A program made the position numbers and the translations under genes. Shown in pieces: positions 12,049-22,716 of a DNA stretch of 64,000 bases. The notes below the pieces were generated by a model, which worked only from the letters and a program-made list of their open reading frames with translations, did not search any database and was not told where the DNA came from. Position 1 is the stretch's first letter. Each line of letters starts with the position of its first letter. The DNA lies in contig NC_092679.1 of assembly GCF_964355755.1 (NCBI RefSeq), positions 18,769,432-18,833,431 of the forward strand. The letters run 5' to 3'. Origin of the DNA: Antedon mediterranea. Taxonomy: Eukaryota; Animalia; Echinodermata.

Positions 12049-13404
12049 CTTGTGTTGAAGCTACCAGGTCATTCACACACTATACAGTACTACAGTAGCG
12101 ACTTTTAGAACTGGGAGACGTACAATACTATGGCCTATGTAATTAAAAGCAACCAATAGATGGCATTGGACGACCAACACGTTGCAATAGTGGTTTTTAT
12201 CATCCATATCAACAGTTATATTTGATTCGTGATGACGTCCTTCGTAAATAAATAACTTTTTTTCATTTGCCTGAACCACGGGCAGAGTAAAGAATTCTTT
12301 ACTCCATGCCTCCTGAACACTGGTGTCGAAATACGCGACAACTGCACTGTAGTCTACTGTTATCCGTCGGACTTATCTGAAACGGGTTAATCATTTTATA
12401 ATGGAATTAATTAGGTCGATGCCTAATAGAATCTACTTAATTAGACATAATAAGCACGCCTAATTGCATAATAATTAAATATATAAATACATAGAAACAG
12501 GGATAATATTTGGAATAAACATTATTTCATAATCCGTGTATATACGATAATTAAATATATAAGGTTAAATCAAATGAATAAATAAATCACCGCGGTTTTC
12601 ATTCCGTTGTTTCTTTAGCCCACTTTAACTACAGTACATTCATCTTTTCTGCAAATATATTCTATTTCGGCTTTGTACGTCACACCGGCGTCGTTTTATC
12701 CATCACGGGGAAAACCATCACACAAAAAACCGCGCCAATACTAGGTATATACCCGTTCTTTTTTCGCGTATTACAGAATCGTTAGAGAATGCTTGAGAGA
12801 TAAGAATTGCGAGACTTCATTCATTATCATTATATCGTCATTATCATTGTCGTTATTAACATCGTCATCATTATGCGTGGAACGTTGTCATTAACCGTTG
12901 AAGTCGTTGTCATAACGTTACTTTCGTATCCATATTTTGTCAATCACGTTTAGAGTTGTTGTTATTTTACGTATTCTCTTTTAAAACAAATAAATGATGA
13001 CTCTGCATTTCATGAAATTAATTCAATTAGTTAAGTCTACATTTTATCTATTTCGTGCAGAACAGTTTCAAGAAAAAGTAACAATAACATGGACAAAAAT
13101 GTAATAATGTAGTTGCAATCAAATTAATAGACCTATAAGTAAATAATTGTTGTCAATATTGACCTGCTGTTCACCGACTATAAAAATTAAACGTCAAATA
13201 AACATATATTTTTACGTAAAATAAGCCAATCATAATCAATATTTGCTTTCTTCTTAAGCAATCCGAAAATGAATAAATTGAAATAAAATGTTATCAAAAC
13301 CTTTATGGTAAACAACTCAAATAAATAAATAAATAAATAAGGCCTAGGCCTATAGTGTATTCATTTGAACATTTCTAATTTTTCTAAAAGCATTACAAAT
13401 TTGT

Positions 13405-13736
13405 ATTGTCCCCTAAAAACATGAAAAATAAAGATTAATTAAATCAGGCTTTCAATAGGTTATTTTGTAATTTTAATAAAGTTAATCACTTTTGTAGAAA
13501 AAAAAACGATGAAAACAAATTTGTTCATCACTTATAAAATAACATGATAAATGGTTAAATTCAACAGCAGCCAATTTCACCATTTTTTGCTTTGAATTAG
13601 TTTTTTCAGGTAAATAAATTTTGTTTTGATCTAATTTTTGGTCAAAGTGGATAACTATTCAATGTGAAAAAAAAAATTACATATTCAACAACAAAACATG
13701 TAAAAATTATTTTTCAGGGGGACAATACATCTTTAA
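13405..13736. mobile_element. non-autonomous TTAA-terminated DNA element (Kolobok/Crypton-like); related copies ~27367-27601 and ~42700-42877
   Basis: GTATTGTCCCCTAAAAACATG ... TTTTCAGGGGGACAATACATCTTTAA shared among copies. Confidence 0.55.
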
Positions 13737-14359
13737 TTATCTAAACTTCCAATGAACTTTCCAAAATAACTTATATTAACAAACTATTAAAAGTTATTTT
13801 GAATATTTGGAAAGTTTGTAATAATATATTATTACCACACAGCACAGTCTAATAACAATATTGTTTTTGTCTACAAAGGTTAACATATACGTACTTCATT
13901 CACAATATTTTATTACTTATATATGGTATTTAAGTTTGATTGGGAAAATACGACATTGTTTCAAATTAATATAAATGTTATATACTTCTTCTCAAGTAAA
14001 GAAACGTTAGAAATTTCGTGATATTTCATTTTTTTGCTATTCTTTTTTCAAAATACGGCTGTTAAATTACATCAACCAAAACTAAAGAAACACCATTGTC
14101 ATGTATTAAATATTATGTAACAGCAGAGTATACACCACATAAAACACATGAATAACTATTATTAGTAATTTGCTTAGTATTATACAGCAGTATACTATTT
14201 TCAACCAGAATATAAATCAAATACAGTAGACATCTAACTATAATATAATAGGGAATTATGTTATAATCATATATAAGATACATTCTTGTATAATTATGAA
14301 TATTTTTTGATTAAAATGATTAAAAATAAAATAATTGCAGTCTTTCAGAAAATGTATAT

Positions 14360-15510
14360 GGAGCCAAAAGACCATCAATCTTGTGGTATCACCATATACT
14401 ACACCTATACCAACTTAACCTGATGCGACTTGAGAGATCAGCAAAAAGACCATTAATCTGTAGTATCACCATATACTAGTAACACCCATACCAACTTAAC
14501 CTGATGCGACTTAAGAGATCAGCAAAAAGACTATTAAATCTTGTAGTATCACCATATACTACATCCATACCAACTTAACCTGATGCGACTTATCAGAAAA
14601 AGACCATTAAATCTTGTAGCATCACTATATACTACATCCATACAAACTTAACCTGATGCGACTTGAGAGATCAGCAAAAGACCATTAAATCTTGTAATAT
14701 CACCATATACTACACCCATCCCAACTTAACCCGATGTAACTTGAGAGATCAGCAAAAAGACCATCAATCTTGTAATATCACCATATACTACACCCATACA
14801 AACTTAACCTGGTGCAACTTGAGAGATCAGCAAAAAGACCATTAAATCTTGTAGTATCACCATATACTACACCTATACCAACTTAACCTGATGCGACTTG
14901 AGAGATCAGCAAAAGACCATTAAATCTTGTAATATCACCATATACTACACCCATACCAACTTAACCTGATGTGACTTGAGAGATCAGCAAAAAGACCATC
15001 AATCTTGTAATATCACCATATACTACACCCATACCAACTTAACCTGGTGCAACTTGAGAGATCAGCAAAAAGACCATTAAATCTTGTAGTATCACCATAT
15101 ACTACACCTATACCAACTTAACCTGATGCGACTTGAGAGATCAGCAAAAGACCATTAAATCTTGTAATATCACCATATACTACACCTATACCAACTTAAC
15201 CTGATGCGACTTGAGAGATCAGCAAAAGACCATTAAATCTTGTAATATCACCATATACTACACCCATACAAACTTAACCTGATGTGACTTGAGAGATCAG
15301 CAAAAAGACCATCAATCTTGTAATATCACCATATACTACACCCATACAAACTTAACCTGATGTGACTTGAGAGATCAGCAAAAAGACCATCAATCTTGTA
15401 ATATCACCATATACTACACCCATACAAACTTAACCTGGTGCAACTTGAGAGATCAGCAAACAGACCATTAAATCTTGTAGTATCACTCATACCAACTTAA
15501 TGCAACTTTA
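14360..15510. repeat. minisatellite, ~78-bp unit, ~14-15 copies
   Basis: GAGATCAGCAAAAAGACCATTAAATCTTGTAGTATCACCATATACTACACCCATACCAACTTAACCTGATGCGACTTGA. Confidence 0.95.
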
Positions 15511-15521
15511 GAGATATGAAA

Positions 15522-16636
15522 GCCAAAAGACATTCACTCTAGAGCTCTTACATACCAAACTGGTGATTGAACAAAAAGACATTCACTCTAGAGCTATTAC
15601 TTACATACCAAACTGGTGATTTAGCCAAAATACATTCACTCTAGAGCTATTACTTACATACCAAACTGGTGATTTAGCCAAAATACATTCACTCTAGAGC
15701 TATTACTTACATACCAAACTGGTGATTTAGCCAAAATACATTCACTCTAGAGCTATTACTTACATACCAAACTGGTGATTTAGCCAAAATACATTCACTC
15801 TAGAGCTATTACTTACATACCAAACTGGTGATTTAGCCAAAAGACATTCACTCTAGAGCTATTACTTACATACCAAACTGGTGATTTAGCCAAAAGACAT
15901 TCACTCTAGAGCTATTACTTACATACCAAACTGGTGATTTAGCCAAAATACATTCACTCTAGAGCTATTACTTAATACCAAACTGGTGATTTAGCCAAAA
16001 TACATTCACTCTAGAGCTATTACTTACATACCAAACTGGTGATTTAGCCAAAATACATTCACTCTAGAGCTATTACTTACATACCAAACTGGTGATTTAG
16101 CCAAAATACATTCACTCTAGAGCTATTACTTACATACCAAACTGGTGATTTAGCCAAAAGACATTCACTCTAGAGCTATTACTTACATACCAAACTGGTG
16201 ATTTAGCCAAAAGACATTCACTCTAGAGCTATTACTTACATACCAAACTGGTGATTTAGCCAAAAGACATTCACTCTAGAGCTATTACTTACATACCAAA
16301 CTGGTGATTTAGCCAAAAGACATTCACTCCAGAGCTATTATTAAATACCAAACTGGTGATTTAGCCAAAAGACATTCACTCTAGAGCTATTACTTACATA
16401 CCAAACTGGTGATTTAGCCAAAATACATTCACTCCAGAGCTTTTATTAAATACCAAACTGGTGATTTAGCCAAAAGACATTCACTCTAGAGCTATTACTT
16501 ACATACCAAACTGGTGATTTAGCCAAAAGACATTCACTCTAGAGCTATTACTTACATACCAAACTGGTGATTTAGCCAAAATACATTCACTCCAGAGCTT
16601 TTATTAAATACCAAACTGGTGATTTAGCCAAAAGAC
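15522..16636. repeat. minisatellite, 53-bp unit, ~21 copies
   Basis: AGCCAAAAKACATTCACTCTAGAGCTATTACTTACATACCAAACTGGTGATTT. Confidence 0.95.
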
Positions 16637-16745
16637 CAAAAGATTACTCCAAAGTGTGATACACTACAGTATAAATATACCAACCTGATGTGACTTTTGA
16701 GTCAAGGTCTGGGATACACGACAATGGTGCTGTCGCCCCCATTAA

Positions 16746-16925
16746 AGGGTCTTTCACACCTGTTCCGGCACGGTTCCGGTCCGGCCCCGGAAAATCCAAT
16801 CGAACGCCAATGTTTCGTTTTCACGCGGATGCGCACATATCGATTGGCGCATAGCCGCGTGAAAACGAAACATTAATGTTCGATTCGCCGGACCGGAACC
16901 GTGCCGAACAGGTGTGAAAGACCCT
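16746..16925. mobile_element. palindromic PIF/Harbinger-like MITE with TAA TSD
   Basis: TAA|AGGGTCTTTCACACCTGTTC...GAACAGGTGTGAAAGACCCT|TAA; almost the entire element is self-complementary. Confidence 0.85.
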
Positions 16926-17452
16926 TAAGAGCAGGGAAGAATCAGCCTGTTACACCATTACAATTACCAATATAGAGCAAAATGAAACATAATGTAATAA
17001 AAGTCTGAATTAGTTATACAATAGTTCAATTACACATAAATTAAAATAAACATTAAATTTGCAATTTTATAATCTTAAAATACAATATATTCAGTCAATG
17101 GTGCAATATATATCATACTGGTGGTAAAATGTAAAGACAGAGGAAAAGCAATTATGGTAAAGGAATCAGAAAGAAAGATATCTGACCCGTAAAGGAAATA
17201 TAATTTATATATTTCTTCCACGTCTGAACTTAACATCAGTACTTCATTTAGTACAATATGAGACTACATAACCAAGTGCCCTTTTTTCAGAATTAAGTGT
17301 TTTGTCACTGAAGTGTTTCCAACCATGGATTGACAAAAAAACGGTTGACTGTCTACAGAACACATTGGGGTAAAGTTGTTTAATGATTATGTCAACACAT
17401 GTGCATTTTCAGTTTCATTCCTACATTTACCGAACTGATACAATGGATACAA

Positions 17453-17584
17453 ATCTACACTATCAAACTACTTTGACAAAACAAGTGTGATATGTGCCCA
17501 AATACTGTATGGTAGTGATATGTCCATATTATATGGGCACATCACATTTTTTTTTGTAAAATAAAGTTTTAAAGACAGAGCTTT
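17453..17584. mobile_element. MITE family A copy
   Basis: TCTACACTATCAAACTA...AGACAGAGCTTT. Confidence 0.75.
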
Positions 17585-17769
17585 ATGTTCATGAATGTTT
17601 TGTATTCATTGGAAAACATGTACCAAACCACAGCTTGACAATTCTTTCCATTTCACTCTTCAAAAATTTAAATTATTTTAGTTATAAAACACAAGTGCAT
17701 AGCATTTTGTAATTACTGTATTCTAGTCAATATGTTAAAAATGTTTTTATTCTGATCCTCAAGGAAACT

Positions 17770-18172
17770 GAAGAAATTTGGCTTAGGTCCCTCACAGACC
17801 CACGGCAGCCAGCAGTGCAGCACCCACCCGATCAGCATACAAGGAGACGATCCCCTACTCTTTTCGAATAATGTACCAAGTTCTTTAACGTGCACTATAT
17901 GTACACGGGACCAACGGCTTTAAATCCCATCCGAAGGACGAGGCAATGTGAGTAAAGCATCTTGCCTAAGGATGCAATCAGTATGGTACAGATAGGCTCG
18001 AACCATGCCTATCACATAGTCCGATATTATCATTACATCATCACTCTCCGGTATATACAGCACCCCCAACGATTCTCAGAAGGGCTTTAATCAAGAACGC
18101 AACCAGGCTAAACGTTGCTTAACTTCGGTGATCTGACGAGAACCGGTGTTTCAACGCAGTATGGCCGTATAT
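17770..18172 (-). mobile_element. composite SINE: 5S rRNA-derived head + degenerate tRNA segment + Deu/Nin-like core
   Basis: 5S-like 18055-18170, B box GGTTCGAGCC near 18000, core TGCACGTTAAAGAAC...TTCGAAAAGAGTAGGGGA. Confidence 0.7.
18055..18170 (-). pseudogene. 5S rRNA-derived sequence (pseudogene or SINE head)
   Basis: TACGGCCATACTGCGTTGAAACACCGGTTCTCGTCAGATCACCGAAGTTAAGCAACG closely follows the 5' half of metazoan 5S; 3' half degenerate, ends GGTGCTGT. Confidence 0.85.
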
Positions 18173-19238
18173 TATTCTTATATATATTTACAAAAGAAAC
18201 CCAACTACAGTATGATGCAAGTAACATCAAAATGTTAAACCTTTAAGGTTTATACTTAATCAATGGACCTATACATTGGATAGGTACATTCTAAATCAAT
18301 GGATAGTACTGTAGACCTCCATTGGTGTATTATACACATACGGCGGTACTTATTTCTAATTTTTTTTCTTTTACGTCAATTAAATACAAATTAGTATAAT
18401 AGTGTGCTACTATACTAAAACACACAAAATATATTTACACTTTTTTTTGGCAAAAATTCATAGTTTATAAATAAAATTGCAGCAATAGAATCTTAATCTT
18501 CATTTTCTTGTTTTAAATTTGTAATGAAAATTTGGCGATACTGTATTGTGCGACGATTAAAATACTATGTGACAGGTAACTCAGCACACCGTGAAGAAAA
18601 TACTACGCTTCCATAATGCCAAACTTTCCAAATCATAAAAAATTTTTGGGAAAAATTTACATAAAATTATAAAAAATATATATTATATATATATTTGATA
18701 AATAACTATGTATACAATAATATAATGTACATTAATTTTTTTTAAAGTTTTTATATACAAAACAGTACTTGGTGATTATTAATGCGCTACCAAAACGGGT
18801 TAGCAGATAATTTTCACAGGCAGTTTCAGTAACTTTCAGTAAATCTAAATTAATTATTATTAGACCGTTATTTTTGTATTCAATATCAATTTTAAAATCG
18901 AATTCTTGTTTGTGTCCATATGATAGTGTAGCTACATTAGTATCGTCTTAAAGTAAAAAATATGGCAGTGATTGTAATATCATAGCCTAAGGTGACTATG
19001 AATAGATACTGGCTGCATACCTTACCATAGAACGGACACTTTTCCTTACAAATGTTATGCAATCGTTTTGAGATCGCGAAAAAGAATTTTGAAATGTGAA
19101 TATAAAGTGCTAACTATAAATTACTTTCATTGTTATAAATAATAATAAAGTAAAATGTACTGGTCAATATTTACAGAACAATTTAATATTAATGTTTACT
19201 TTCTATCTATAGGATACAGAATAACCCAACTTTCTTAT

Positions 19239-19394
19239 GCTCTGTCTACACTATCAAACTAGTTTGACAAAAAAAGTTTGATGTGGCCAAATATGGTGGT
19301 GATTTGCCAAACATGGTAGTGATATGACATCATCATGTCCATATATGAGCACATCACATTTTTGTCACAAAGTTTAAAGTGTAGACAGAGCTTT
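19239..19394. mobile_element. MITE family A copy
   Basis: GCTCTGTCTACACTATCAAACTAG...GTGTAGACAGAGCTTTA. Confidence 0.8.
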
Positions 19395-20157
19395 ATTCTG
19401 GAAAATTTGGTAAGTGTAATTTCTGTGCCATGTGTGGAATTTATTATTAAACAACTTTTATCCCAGGAACAATTGTAGAGTTTCTTCTGAAAATTGTCTA
19501 AACGTCAACGAACAGGAAAGGGCGGGTGTTTCAAAATATTTTTAGGTTGAAGTTCAAAGAAAATATAGTTTTCTGAGCTTGCAAGTAAACTATTTTTACA
19601 GTAATTTGAAAAACCAAGTAGAAAAATAAAAACAGATAATCGCAAATCATCTAAATCAAAATACGGAATGAATGTTTATAAATACATTCCATATTAAACA
19701 TTTTTCTTTGATAAATTGAGACAAAATGTCTTTACTTTATCTGATTTTTGCACATATTTTAATATCAAAACTAAGCTTGAGAGACATGGGTTTGAAATCA
19801 AGTCTTGTAAGAGGTGGAGCTTATAACAGCAGGCATGGTGATGGGAAATCAGATTAAAAACGGTGATTGACGAGTGAAATGAATAAACAATACTTACGAA
19901 TACTTTAAAGTTTAGCACCAAGTATATAAATATATTGCACCATTGACTATTTTGCACATAATAATATCTTAATCTATAATGAATTAAAAAAAAAAAATGT
20001 TTATATGTGATTTTATATAGATTTGTATTTTATATGTATATTTTTTATTACCTCTGCAGTGTATATAAGAAGAATTTCTGATGTATTTTTTAATATTGGA
20101 CCAAATAAATAATAATAATAATATATTGTTTGAAGGTTTGCTTGGCGAAATCAAATG

Positions 20158-20298
20158 TTGATATAAAGTTTGCGGTACACCACGTGAGTGAGAATTCTCA
20201 CTTCTGAGGACGATCAAAGCACATTGATTGAAACGTCGAGAAACTCAACAGTTCTTTTCAGAACTAATACACATGGTGTACCGCAAACTTTATATCAA
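20158..20298 (+). mobile_element. Penelope-like pLTR remnant with minimal hammerhead motif
   Basis: 29-bp inverted repeat (20158-20186 / 20270-20298) enclosing CTGAGGA-C-GATCAA-loop-TTGATT-GAAACGTC. Confidence 0.65.
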
Positions 20299-21086
20299 TA
20301 ATAATAATATTAATTATATGTTTACACTTTGCTCTCTATTATACTGTAAAAAAAATAATATCCCATTGCATACATTGCATGAGAATTTCTCAATCAAAAA
20401 TTCAATGGCTGTTCTGTCAACTAGCGTTCCTGCTCCGAATCAGTCATCCAACCACAAAGGTACTGATGATTAAGATAGTCTGTTTAGTGTGTGATGACAC
20501 TATAGAATGGACCCAAAACACATGAAAACTTTCAGTTAAGTTTATAATGGAATTCTGTAGGATTTAGTAACTTACACACAACCATTCATCTCTGCTTAGC
20601 AGCATCTATGAGATTTATATACAAATATGAAGATGATAGCTCTTAACTTATAAAAATATTAATACAACACTTTTTTATTGGTTTGTATTAATAAGCAACT
20701 ATCACATAAAACTACACTGATGAAACCAGTGTTGTTTTCACACGTTCTGATCTTTAAACATTAGGGACAATGTCAAAATTATTACTACATTTTGTTTACT
20801 ATTTAGCCTCTTTATACAATTATCTAAAGCCATTTTGTGGGTGAATCGTGAAATTCTACATGGAAACCATTCAAAATCATGCAATGTATTTATCACAGTA
20901 ACTGCAGTAGAATAAATTTGACATGATCCCTTAGACGCATCAAATAAGAAATATGTTTTAAAATCAAGTTTAAAGTATGTAGTGTAGATGAATGACTTCT
21001 TTTAAAAAGTTCAGGATCCAAATCGAATGACATATTTGATTAAGTTTGGTTGTTATTTTAAAACATGCTGTATTTAAAATAAAATG

Positions 21087-22073
21087 TACGGTGGCCTATA
21101 AGTGTCACGGCAACTTTCAAAAAATATCACGGCAATTTTTTCAAAAAAAGCCACGGCAATTTGAAAAAAGCCACGGCAAATTAAAAATAAAACATCACGG
21201 CAAATTAAAAATAAACCATCGCGGCAATTTAACAAAAATACCAGGGCAACTTAAAAATGAAACACCACGGCAAATTAGTATTGAAACACCACGACAAATT
21301 AATAGTGAAAGACCACGGCAAATTACAGAATGCCACGGCAGAAGTGAGTTACCACGGCGGAAGTGAAACCTTTGGAATCTTCAATTTTTTCTGAGGTAAT
21401 TAATTATTTGTGCATTGATGTAAATATTATATTAATTTATTTAACTTCAGCAGTTTACGTGTTTATTGCACTCTTCTTGAACTTTCTAGGCCGGGCTAGA
21501 CCATAGGCCTTATTACAAGGTAGGCCTAGGCCCTATAACATTCTACAATGTTTTAATATATTTACAGTAATCTGTTTTTTATATAACAAGTTGTTTTTAC
21601 AGTAGACCTAGCTACTACTGTAGGCCTAAGGCCTAGGGCTAGTAGTAGGCATAGCTAGGCCTAGTGCAATAAACACGTAAATGCTGCAGTTAAATATAAT
21701 AAATTAATATAATAATATTTACTTCAATGCACAAATAATTACTTACCTCATAAAAAATCGAAGATTCCAAAGGTTTCACTTCCGCCGTGGTAACTCACTT
21801 CCGCCGTGGCATTCTGTAATTTGCCGTGGTGTTTCATTACTAATTTGCCGTGGTGTTTCAATACTAATTTGCCGTAGTGTTTCATTTTTAAGTTGCCGTG
21901 GTATTTTTGTTAAATTGCCGCGATGTTTTATTTTTAATTTGCCGTGATGTTTTATTTTTAATTTGCCGTGGCTTTTTTCAAATTGCCGTGGCTTTTTTCA
22001 AATTGCCGTGGCTTTTTTTGAAAGTTGCCGTGATATTTTTTAAAAGTTGCCGTGACACTTATAGGCCACCGTA
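21087..22073. mobile_element. non-autonomous long-TIR DNA transposon (IS3EU-like)
   Basis: TACGGTGGCCTATAAGTGTCACGG...CCGTGACACTTATAGGCCACCGTA, ~380-bp TIRs with CCACGGCAA tandem subrepeats, 6-bp TSD AAAATG. Confidence 0.85.
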
Positions 22074-22491
22074 AAAATGTAATTAATTATTCTTGTTTGT
22101 ATTCTGAATATTTGAGTGGACATATAAATTACACAATATTTAATTTTTATTCTTAATTTTTTACTATTTTTGATTACACACTTTTGAATAAAGGAAGGAG
22201 CTAAAACCAATTATAGATATAGTGTTGATGTATAGATTTTACTAGTTTTATTAGTTTTCGTAAAACGCTCATGATAATATGTTGGTATTCTAATTTTTTT
22301 ATCAATCTTGAATAAATACTCAACCCTATCACCATGTTTTATTATACTAAGTGGTTCACTAACTAGTCTACAACAACTTTTAAAACAAGCATTTTTGTCT
22401 ATATGTATACAGACAACATTATGTACACTTACAATTTCAACTTTTAACCTTGCCAAACACTGGTGTAATGAAAGTACGTTGTTCATACAAA

Positions 22492-22716
22492 TTACACATA
22501 CAAATCGGAAATGTCGACTATAATTTTGAAAAAAACTGTATCCTCTTTTACATACATACCATCCTGAAGTACGGACTGGGCAACAAATAAAGGGCATCCA
22601 GACGCAATATTCATATCGGTGACGGGACGCTTGAAACTGCTGCTCGACGGATCTGGTCGGAACGAATCTGACAGATGTCTTCGACCAGTCTCTTGGTCGA
22701 GAAGCATAAGTGTTAC
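22492..22716 (-). CDS. TRAF3: TRAF3-like terminal exon (MATH C-half)
   Basis: [45 protein letters not shown]...IVDISDLYV*. Confidence 0.95.
   Translation of the reverse strand, partial: VTLMLLDQETGRRHLSDSFRPDPSSSSFKRPVTDMNIASGCPLFVAQSVLQDGMYVKEDTVFFKIIVDISDLYV

Noticed and set aside
14360-16636. CRISPR-like array or repeat-protein ORF (14663-14845)
   Set aside because: Units are contiguous with no unique spacers and there are no cas genes; frames are broken by stops and indels
21046-21366. 106-aa basic ORF (PRQ/HGK repeats)
   Set aside because: Translation of transposon TIR subrepeats
22211-22597. 128-aa minus-strand ORF
   Set aside because: Alternative frame overlapping the TRAF3 last exon and 3' UTR
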